64,000 nucleotides of DNA, from NCBI GenBank assembly GCA_016719645.1, contig JADJYS010000001.1, positions 518,558 through 582,557 on the forward strand, given 5' to 3'. This document shows, piece by piece, positions 17,888-24,981 of the stretch (positions are counted from its first letter, which is position 1; each line of letters starts with the position of its first letter). The position numbers and the translations under genes are program-made. This DNA is from a bacterium. GTDB lineage: Bacteria > Krumholzibacteriota > Krumholzibacteriia > LZORAL124-64-63. Under the pieces are notes generated by a model that saw only the letters and a list, made by a program, of their open reading frames with translations, searched no databases and was not told the origin of the DNA.

Positions 17888-18802
17888 ATGGCAGTGAAGA
17901 CCGGCAAGACCCCCCGGGACCGTCGACCCGCCGCCCGCGTGAAGCGCGAGAGCGCCCGGTTGATGAGCAACCTCGATCTCTATTTCCAGGAAGTGAAGGC
18001 CTTCCCGCTGCTGAGCCGGGAAGAGGAGTGCGAACTGGCGCGCGGCATCCGCGGCAACGACGGCGTCGCCCTGCACAAGCTGGTCAACTCGAACCTGCGC
18101 TTCGTGGTGTCGATCGCCAAGGAGTACGCCCACTACGGCGTGCCCCTGGAGGATCTGATCAACGAGGGCAACCTCGGCCTGCTCAAGGCCGCCCAGCGCT
18201 TCGACGAGACGCGCGGCTACAAGTTCATCTCCTACGCGGTGTGGTGGATCCGGCAGTCGATCCTGGCCGCGCTGGCCAACCACTCGAAGATCGTGCGCAT
18301 GCCGCTGAACCGCGCCCGCGTGCTGAACCAGATCAAGCGCGTCAGCAGCGAGCTGCAGCAGGACCTGCGCCGCAAGCCGCTGCCCGAGGAGATCGCGGCC
18401 CGTCTCGGCCTGTCCCTCGACGAGGTCAAGGACACCCTGCCGCTGATGCAGGACAACTTCTTCCTCGACGACTACGTGGGCAACGACGAGGACTCGACCT
18501 ACCTCGACTTCCTCGAGGACACGCGCAGCAAGACGCCCGACTCGCGGGTCCTCGAGGAGGACCTCATGGAGTCCATCGAGCGCATGCTGTGCGACCTGAA
18601 GCCCCGCGAGGCCCGCGTGCTGCGCATGTACTACGGCCTGGGCGCCGACAAGGAGATGACCCTCGAGGAGATCGGCCAGATCATGGGCCTGACCCGCGAG
18701 CGCATCCGCCAGATCAAGGAGGAGGCCTTCGAGAAGATCCGCAATTCGAAGACCTTCCGGTACATGCACGACTACCAGGACATGCGCGACATGACCGCCT
18801 GA
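17888..18802 (+). CDS. RNA polymerase sigma factor, sigma-70 family (regions 1.2-4, no region 1.1)
   Basis: Region 2 LVNSNLRFVVSIAKEY ... DLINEGNLGLLKAAQRFD ... FISYAVWWIRQSI. Region 4 EARVLRMYYGL ... TLEEIGQIMGLTRERIRQIKEEA. Confidence 0.85.
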   Translation: MAVKTGKTPRDRRPAARVKRESARLMSNLDLYFQEVKAFPLLSREEECELARGIRGNDGVALHKLVNSNLRFVVSIAKEYAHYGVPLEDLINEGNLGLLKAAQRFDETRGYKFISYAVWWIRQSILAALANHSKIVRMPLNRARVLNQIKRVSSELQQDLRRKPLPEEIAARLGLSLDEVKDTLPLMQDNFFLDDYVGNDEDSTYLDFLEDTRSKTPDSRVLEEDLMESIERMLCDLKPREARVLRMYYGLGADKEMTLEEIGQIMGLTRERIRQIKEEAFEKIRNSKTFRYMHDYQDMRDMTA

Positions 18803-18830
18803 GGGGTCGGGCGATCGACGGCATCCGGCG

Positions 18831-18889
18831 GACGAGTGCAACAGGCAGACGAGTGGAACAGACAGACGAGTGGAACAGGCAGACGAGAC
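18831..18889. repeat. 17-bp tandem repeat x3.5 (gacgagtg[c/g]aaca[g/a][g/a]ca)
   Basis: Units at 18831-18847, 18848-18864 and 18865-18881, with a partial unit at 18882-18889. Read directly in the sequence, in the intergenic gap between two convergent genes. Confidence 0.85.
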
Positions 18890-18896
18890 GAGTGCC

Positions 18897-18926
18897 CGCG
18901 GGCCCCTTCCAACGAAGGGGCCCGCG
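18897..18926. terminator. Bidirectional hairpin terminator candidate (12-bp perfect GC-rich stem, 6-nt loop)
   Basis: cgcgggcccctt-ccaacg-aaggggcccgcg. It sits between the 3' ends of the convergent sigma-factor (+) and yigZ (-) genes. No clear U-tract on either side. Confidence 0.5.
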
Positions 18927-18956
18927 TCGCGTAAGTGCGGGGATGGGGACGCGGGA

Positions 18957-19589
18957 TCAGGGCTCGCCCGCGGGCGCGACCAGGACCCGCCCCTGACCGA
19001 GCGACGCGGCCTCGCGCGCGAACTCCTCGCCGCGGGCCGCCGGCAGCCAGACGGTCCAGACGACGCCGGCCCCGAACTCGGCGGTGTCGCGGCGGCCGCC
19101 GCAGGCGCCGAGCAGGTGCTCGATCCGGCCCACGAGATCGTAGGGGAACTCCAGGCGCCAGCGCCGGCCCAGCGGCACCACCAGCCGCGGCGCGGCGGCC
19201 AGCGCGGCCGCGGCCGCATCCCGGTAGGCGCGCCCGAGGCCGCCGGTGCCCAGCTTCACCCCGCCGAACCAGCGCACGACCACGATCGCGGCGTCGGTGA
19301 TCTCCGCGTGGCGCAGCACGCCGAGGATGGGCTCGCCGGCGGTGCCCGCGGGTTCGCCGTCGTCGCTGCGGGATTCCACGGGCGGACCGCCGCGGCCCAG
19401 GCGGCAGCCCCAGCAGACGTGGCGCGCGTCGTGGTGGACGCGGGCGGCCTCGGCCACGGCGGCGCGCGCCGCGGCGGCGTCCGCGACGGGGCGGGCCGTG
19501 GCCAGGAAGCGCGACCGCTCCACCCGGATCTCGGTCTCGCCGACGCCGGCGAGGGTCGTGTAGGAGGTGGGGGGGGAGTCGGGCGTCAT
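18957..19589 (-). CDS. yigZ: YigZ/IMPACT family protein (UPF0029)
   Basis: ERSRFLATARP ... HHDARHVCWGCRLG matches the YigZ N-terminal domain signature (ARHNCYAYR-type). Confidence 0.75.
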   Translation of the reverse strand: MTPDSPPTSYTTLAGVGETEIRVERSRFLATARPVADAAAARAAVAEAARVHHDARHVCWGCRLGRGGPPVESRSDDGEPAGTAGEPILGVLRHAEITDAAIVVVRWFGGVKLGTGGLGRAYRDAAAAALAAAPRLVVPLGRRWRLEFPYDLVGRIEHLLGACGGRRDTAEFGAGVVWTVWLPAARGEEFAREAASLGQGRVLVAPAGEP

Positions 19590-19804
19590 GCCGTCGCTCG
19601 GTTCATGCTACCACCCTCGCCATGGTTCCCCGGTGGCTGTCCGGCGGCCCGCGGCGGTCGCGATCCGACCGCCGGCCGCGCGAGCATACCGCGCATCCGC
19701 TGCGACGGCAACGCTTTGGATGACCGGCGCCGTGGCACCGTCCTTGCAACGATCCTGCATCGTGGGCGTCGAGGCGCGTGGTGGCTGCTTGGCCTGGAGG
19801 TGCG

Positions 19805-20458
19805 ATGAGAGCGAGACGGCAAGGCCGGCGGACGCCGGCGATCGCCGCGGCCTGCCTGGTCGGGGTCGGGTTGCTGCTGGCCTGGGCGGTCGGCGCGCGC
19901 GCCGACGGCATCGTGCGCTCGTCGCTGGACCGGCCCGACAGGGCGCCGCCCCCGTTCCTGGTGCTCGGACCCAGCGTCGGGGACACGCGCGCCGAGGGCG
20001 GACTGCGGCCCGGCTTCTCGGGCGGCCTGGTGCTGACCCCGGCGGCGGGCGCCGAGATCTTCCCGCCCCTCTACGATCTGAATCTCGGCCTGGTCCTGCA
20101 CGGCGAGTACCGCGGCGTGGCGCAGGGACGCGACCTCGTCGCGGCCGGGCTCGTCGCACGCCGCTACTTCCGCGACCAGCGGCGGGAAAGCACGCCGCGC
20201 GCGGCCTTCGTCGGCCTCGGCCTCGACATCGCCCAGATCAGCTTCCCGGGCGCGGCCGCGGCGGATTCCGCCGGCGAGGCGACCGCCGCCGGCGAACTGC
20301 GCAACTACTCGGGCGTGCTGGAGGGCGGCTGGGAACTGCGGCCGTCGCCGCGCACGCTGATCGTGGCGCTGGTGCGCTGGCGCCGCTTCATCGACGCGGG
20401 CCTCGACTACTCCGGCTGGTCCTGCCACCTGCAGGCCGGCTTCCCCATCCCCTGGTGA
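19805..20458 (+). CDS. Hypothetical secreted protein, possible small outer-membrane beta-barrel (C-terminal ...GFPIPW)
   Basis: ATG at 19805 after GGAGG. Arg-rich N-region plus a hydrophobic signal (ACLVGVGLLLAWAVGARA). Alternating hydrophobic pattern and a C-terminal aromatic residue. Confidence 0.4.
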   Translation: MRARRQGRRTPAIAAACLVGVGLLLAWAVGARADGIVRSSLDRPDRAPPPFLVLGPSVGDTRAEGGLRPGFSGGLVLTPAAGAEIFPPLYDLNLGLVLHGEYRGVAQGRDLVAAGLVARRYFRDQRRESTPRAAFVGLGLDIAQISFPGAAAADSAGEATAAGELRNYSGVLEGGWELRPSPRTLIVALVRWRRFIDAGLDYSGWSCHLQAGFPIPW

Positions 20459-20534
20459 CCCGCCGCGCCGCCGGCGCATCCTCCGGCCCGGAACGCCGAT
20501 CCGCCTGTGGACGGGGCGGCGGGCAGCGGTTATG

Positions 20535-20560
20535 TTGAACGCCTGAAATCGCCACCCCCT
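20535..20560 (+). promoter_or_regulatory. Sigma-32-like heat-shock promoter candidate (TTGAAC-N14-CCCCCTGA)
   Basis: Fits the sigma-32 consensus TTGAAA-N13-15-CCCCATNT. It lies ~95 nt upstream of the FG-GAP gene start at 20653. Confidence 0.3.
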
Positions 20561-20652
20561 GAGTGCCCGGGCCGGCGTCCAGCCGGACCCGGCCGCCGCG
20601 CGCGTCGACGCCGCCGGCGGCCGGCATCACCAGGAGACCCGCGAGGCCCCTC

Positions 20653-21492
20653 ATGACGACAACGACTCGATCCCGGCGCGGCTCGTCCGCGCTCGCGGCC
20701 GCCGCGTTCGCGATCGCCCTGCTGATCGTCGCCGGCCCGGCCGCGGCGCAGCAGGAGTTCGGGCTCCTCGCCGGCGGACCGCGGACCCTCGGCTACCAGG
20801 ACTACGTGCGGGCGATGCGCGCCGCCGAGCGCCTCGACCACGTCGCCTCGGTCGAATCCCTGGAAGACGCCGACGGCCCGGTGCTGGCCATGGGCGACCG
20901 CTTCGGGCTGGTCCGCCTCGTCCACGTCACCGGCGAGGGCGCCCGGGCGCTCTGGACCAGCAAGCAGCTGACCGGCACGGTGCAGGAGGTCCTCAGCGCC
21001 GACCTCGACGGGGACGGTTCGGACGAGGTGATCGCCTGGACCAGCGCGGCCATCCTCTACGTCTGGACCGCCGGGGACGGCCGCCTGCGCTACGAGACCC
21101 TCCAGAACGATTTCCAGGTCCTGCACGGCCTCTGCGTGGGCGATGTCGACGACGACCCCGCCCTGGAACTGGTCGTCAACGCGGACCGGCACCTCTACTA
21201 CATCGACGGCGTCACCTTCAACCGCGAGTGGACGAGCCTGAACGAGTACGAGGCGCGCCGCGTCGCGGTCGGCGACGTCGACGGGGACAAGCTGCCCGAG
21301 ATCGTGTTGAACACCGGCCAGGTCCTGAACTCGCGCAGCGGCGACCTGAAGTGGGGCGACGAAGTCTTCGGCGCCCGGATCGAACTGCTCGACGTCGACG
21401 GCGACGGCATCCTCGAGGTGCTGACCGAGAGCGACGGCGCCGTCATGAAGATCTACGACGTGGACGTTCGCAGGGAGAAGCACCTCCAGTGA
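20653..21492 (+). CDS. Secreted FG-GAP/VCBS-repeat (Ca-binding beta-propeller-like) protein
   Basis: Signal peptide (AAAFAIALLIVAGPAAAQQ). Four DxDxDG-type repeats (DLDGDGSDEVIAW, VGDVDDDPALELVV, VGDVDGDKLPEIVL, LLDVDGDGILEVL). Confidence 0.65.
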   Translation: MTTTTRSRRGSSALAAAAFAIALLIVAGPAAAQQEFGLLAGGPRTLGYQDYVRAMRAAERLDHVASVESLEDADGPVLAMGDRFGLVRLVHVTGEGARALWTSKQLTGTVQEVLSADLDGDGSDEVIAWTSAAILYVWTAGDGRLRYETLQNDFQVLHGLCVGDVDDDPALELVVNADRHLYYIDGVTFNREWTSLNEYEARRVAVGDVDGDKLPEIVLNTGQVLNSRSGDLKWGDEVFGARIELLDVDGDGILEVLTESDGAVMKIYDVDVRREKHLQ

Positions 21493-23411
21493 TCAGACCA
21501 AGGAAGCAGGACGGGCGCGCGGCCGCCGCGGCGCGGGCGTGGACGATTCGGGCCCTGTGCGCCCTGGCGCTCTTGGGCGCGGCGGCCTCCACGGCCGGCG
21601 CCGAAGCTCCGCCGCAGCTGACCGTGACCCTCAAGCTCCTCGGCGGCGACCCCGCCGCGGGCGGCGCGTCCCGGCTCGGCGTCGTCTACCACGTGCCGGC
21701 CGGCACGCACCTGACGGCGACGTTCCAGGGCCTCGCCTTCGCGAGCGACCCCGCCGCCGCGTTCGGGCCGGCGGTCTTCCCCAAGCCCGTGGCGGCGGAG
21801 ATCCCCTACTACCGCGGCGAGGTGATGGCGCTGGTGCCGGTGACCTGGCCGGACCGCGCCGGCCCGCTGCGCGTCACCCTGCGCGCCGAGTACCAGCTCT
21901 GCCGCGAGGGCGACGCCGCGGTCTGCTACCAGCCCGGCGAGGCCGTCGCGACGCTGGAGGTGGAGCTGGCGCCGCGCGCCGCCGCCCCGATTGCGTCGGC
22001 GACGGACGCGGCTGCGAAGGACGTGGTGACGAAGGACGCGGCCGGCGACGTCGCCGCCGACGCCGCGGCCACCCCCACCGGCGGCGGGCTGCAGGCGCGC
22101 CTGCAGCGGGCGCTGGAGCGGGGCAGCTGGCTGGCCTTCCTGCTGGTGTTCCTGGGCGGCGTGCTGGCGAGCTTCACGCCCTGCGTCTACCCCATGATCC
22201 CCATCACGATCAGCTACATCGGCGGCAACTCCCGCGGCCGGCCGCTCAAAGGTTTCGTGCTGTCGCTGTGGTACGTCCTGGGCATCGCCCTGGTCTACTC
22301 CACGCTCGGGCTGGCCGCCGCCGCCACCGGCGGCGCCTTCGGGCAGGCCACCCAGACCCCCGTGTTCGCCGCCATCGTGGCGGCGATCATCGGCGCGATG
22401 GCCCTGAGCATGGCGGGCCTCTTCGACCTGCAGCTGCCGAGTTCGCTGACCAGCCGGGTGGGCGGCGGCCGCACGGGCTTCCTCGGGCCGCTGCTGATGG
22501 GGGCGGCCATGGGCCTGATCGCCGCGCCCTGCGTCGGCCCGGTGCTGATCGTGCTGCTGACCTGGGTGGCGACGACGGGCAACCTGGTGCTCGGCTTCTG
22601 GCTGCTGTTCACCTTCGCGCTGGGACTGGGCATGCTCTTCCTGGCCCTGGGCACCTTCAGCGGCCTGCTGACGGCGCTGCCCGGCGCGGGCGGCTGGATG
22701 CAGACCGTCAAGCACGTCTTCGCGGTCGTGCTCTTCGCCCTGGCCCTGTGGTTCCTGCGCCTCTACGTGCCGGTCTGGCTGCTGGCGGCGGTGTTCGGCC
22801 TGGCGCTGCTGCTGAGCGTCAGCGCCTGGGGCGCCTGGCGCGCCCTGCCCGAGGGCGCGGGCGCGCGGGCCGGGCTGAACCTCGGCGGCCTGCGCTTCCT
22901 GTGGCTGCTCGGCGCGACGCTCGCCATCCTGGGCGGCCTGCGCGGGCTGGCGCCCGGGCTGCTGCCGGCCGGCGGCGCCGCCGCCGTCGGAGAGACCGCC
23001 GCGGCCGGCCACGACGAACCGGCCTGGCTGCACGACGACCAGGCGGCCTTCGCGGCCGCGCGGGAGCAGGGCAAGCCGTTGATGATGGACTTCTGGGCCG
23101 CCTGGTGCGCGGCCTGCGTGGAGCTCGACGAGCGCACGTACAACCAGCCCGCGATCCTGGCCCTCGCCGGGGATTTCGTGGCCGTGAAGATGGACCTCAC
23201 CGAGCGCAGCGCGGCCAACGACGCGCTGGCGCGCCGCTACGGCGTCGTCGGCATGCCGACGGTCCTGTTCTTCGACCCGCAGGGGCGCGAGCTCGAGCGC
23301 TTCTCCGGCTTCATGGACGCCCGCGACCTGGGCGTCGTCCTGGAGCGCGTGCGGCGCGAGGCCGCGCGCGCGACCGCCAGCGATCACCCGTCCGACAGGG
23401 AGGAACCATGA
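21489..23411 (+). CDS. dsbD: Thiol:disulfide interchange protein DsbD
   Basis: GTG start overlaps the upstream stop (GTGA). N-terminal periplasmic alpha domain, TM core with FTPCVYPMIP (CcdA-type Cys), and C-terminal thioredoxin domain FWAAWCAAC. Confidence 0.85.
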   Translation: MIRPRKQDGRAAAAARAWTIRALCALALLGAAASTAGAEAPPQLTVTLKLLGGDPAAGGASRLGVVYHVPAGTHLTATFQGLAFASDPAAAFGPAVFPKPVAAEIPYYRGEVMALVPVTWPDRAGPLRVTLRAEYQLCREGDAAVCYQPGEAVATLEVELAPRAAAPIASATDAAAKDVVTKDAAGDVAADAAATPTGGGLQARLQRALERGSWLAFLLVFLGGVLASFTPCVYPMIPITISYIGGNSRGRPLKGFVLSLWYVLGIALVYSTLGLAAAATGGAFGQATQTPVFAAIVAAIIGAMALSMAGLFDLQLPSSLTSRVGGGRTGFLGPLLMGAAMGLIAAPCVGPVLIVLLTWVATTGNLVLGFWLLFTFALGLGMLFLALGTFSGLLTALPGAGGWMQTVKHVFAVVLFALALWFLRLYVPVWLLAAVFGLALLLSVSAWGAWRALPEGAGARAGLNLGGLRFLWLLGATLAILGGLRGLAPGLLPAGGAAAVGETAAAGHDEPAWLHDDQAAFAAAREQGKPLMMDFWAAWCAACVELDERTYNQPAILALAGDFVAVKMDLTERSAANDALARRYGVVGMPTVLFFDPQGRELERFSGFMDARDLGVVLERVRREAARATASDHPSDREEP

Positions 23412-23800
23412 GCCACCTGATCCACGTGACCGACGCGAACTTCCAGCAGGAGGTCCTCGACAGCGCGCTGCCCGTCGTGGTGGACTTCAGCGCCACCTGG
23501 TGCGGCCCCTGCAAGCAGCTGAAGCCCATCGTCGAGGAACTCGCCACCCAGTACGAGGGTAAGGTGAAGATCGCCCACGTGGACGTGGACGAGGCCCGGC
23601 AGGCCGCCATGAAGTACGGCGTGATGTCCGTGCCGACGGTCCTCTACCTCAAGGGCGGCCAGGTGCGCGACTCCCAGATCGGGGTGCTCGCCAAGGACAA
23701 GATGGCCGCCAAAGATCGACAACTTGATCTGATCGACAACCCGATCCGATCGCCAACCAGTTCCGATCCGACGAGGATCGCCGGAGGGTACGCACCATGA
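23408..23800 (+). CDS. trxA: Thioredoxin (with ~25-aa C-terminal extension)
   Basis: VVDFSATWCGPCKQLKPIVEELA ... KIAHVDVDE ... GVMSVPTVLYLKGG. ATG overlaps the dsbD stop (ATGA). Confidence 0.85.
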   Translation: MSHLIHVTDANFQQEVLDSALPVVVDFSATWCGPCKQLKPIVEELATQYEGKVKIAHVDVDEARQAAMKYGVMSVPTVLYLKGGQVRDSQIGVLAKDKMAAKDRQLDLIDNPIRSPTSSDPTRIAGGYAP

Positions 23801-24357
23801 AGCTCCTGCTGACGACGCTGCTGATCCTGGCCTTCACGACGACCGGCGGCGGTTGCGGCGAGGCCAAGGCGCCCCCGGCCGCGAACGCGACGCAGGCCGC
23901 GGCCGCGGCCGCGCCCGCCGCCGCGACCGGGGTCCCCGATTTCACGGTCACCACGCTCGAGGGCAAGACCCTGCGCCTGTCGGAACTGCGCGGCCAGGTC
24001 GTCGTGGTGGACTACTGGGCCACCTGGTGCGGCCCCTGCCGCATCGCGATGCCCCACCTGCAGAAACTGCACGAGGAGTACCAGACGCAGGGCGTGACGG
24101 TCCTCGCGCTGTCGGTCGACCAGAAGGGGCCGTCGGTGGTCGTGCCGTTCATCCGCCAGAACGGTTTCACCTTCGCGGTGGCGATGGCCGACGAGCGGTC
24201 CGCGGCGGCCTTCGGGAACTTCTCGAGCATCCCGACCACGGTGATCGTGCGGCCGGACGGCCGGGTCCACACCACGCTCACGGGCGTGCACCCCTACGAG
24301 GAGTACGTCGCCGCGGTGAAGGCCGCGCGCGCCGCCGCTCCCGGGACGCGGGGCTGA
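23797..24357 (+). CDS. TlpA/ResA-like thiol-disulfide oxidoreductase lipoprotein
   Basis: Lipobox-like LILAFTTTGGGCG. Thioredoxin fold VVVVDYWATWCGPCRIAMPHL. ATG overlaps the trxA stop. Confidence 0.8.
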   Translation: MKLLLTTLLILAFTTTGGGCGEAKAPPAANATQAAAAAAPAAATGVPDFTVTTLEGKTLRLSELRGQVVVVDYWATWCGPCRIAMPHLQKLHEEYQTQGVTVLALSVDQKGPSVVVPFIRQNGFTFAVAMADERSAAAFGNFSSIPTTVIVRPDGRVHTTLTGVHPYEEYVAAVKAARAAAPGTRG

Positions 24358-24360
24358 GCC

Positions 24361-24762
24361 GTGTCGCCGCTGAAGAAGAAGCTCATCGTCGTCGGCGACC
24401 GGCTGCTGGTGCGGCCCGAGCAGGGCGAGGAGAAGACCAACACCGGCCTCTACCTGCCGGCCACCGCCCTCAGCTCGCGCATGGCGCAGGGCGGCTGGGT
24501 CGTCTCGGTGGGGCCCGGCATCCCGGTGCCCGACTGGTCGGACGACGAGGGCGAACCGGACACCTGGGACCGCCACCCGCCGCGCGCCCGCTTCCTGCCG
24601 CTGCAGGCGCAGGAGGGGGATTACGTCCTGTTCGTGCGGAAGTCGGCGGTCGAGATCACCTTCGAGGGCGCGCAGTACCTGATCGTGCCGAATTCGGCGG
24701 TGCTGGTGCTGGTGCGCGAGGATTGGATGGAGGGGCCGGGGCAGGTGGCCGACGAGGACTGA
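24361..24762 (+). CDS. GroES-like co-chaperonin (Cpn10 fold) paralog with internal acidic insertion
   Basis: KLIVVGDRLLVRPEQGEEKTNTGLYLP resembles the GroES mobile-loop region (P.GDRVLV...EEKTAGGI.LP). C-terminal YVLFVRKSAVEITFEGAQYLIV matches the GroES beta-barrel. GTG start 4 nt after the tlpA stop. Confidence 0.55.
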   Translation: MSPLKKKLIVVGDRLLVRPEQGEEKTNTGLYLPATALSSRMAQGGWVVSVGPGIPVPDWSDDEGEPDTWDRHPPRARFLPLQAQEGDYVLFVRKSAVEITFEGAQYLIVPNSAVLVLVREDWMEGPGQVADED

Positions 24763-24793
24763 GGGGGCGGCGGACGCCGGTCCGGAAATGCGA

Positions 24794-24834
24794 AGTCCCT
24801 GACCCCGGATCTTCCTGCGGGTCAGGGACTTTTC
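24794..24834 (+). terminator. Rho-independent terminator (12-bp stem agtccctgaccc/gggtcagggact + TTT)
   Basis: Perfect inverted repeat followed by a T-run, read directly in the sequence. It ends the DsbD-TrxA-TlpA-GroES-like gene string. Confidence 0.65.
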
Positions 24835-24981
24835 GCGTGTCCTTCGATCATTTCCTTAACCACCACAAGAGGTCGACGACCGAGAGACCGATGAACACCA
24901 TCACGGGATCCATGCTTGCCCTCCGATCTGGTGAAAGTGGAACTGCGGACACCGTCTCTGTCGGCGGCGCCCGGTTCCCCT

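Noticed and set aside
21453-23800. Antisense 644-aa ORF (21453..23387) and 753-aa sense ORF (21539..23800) across dsbD
   Set aside because: DsbD, with its Cys motifs, is in a different frame. Only the final 130 codons of the 753-aa ORF (thioredoxin, from ATG 23408) are real.
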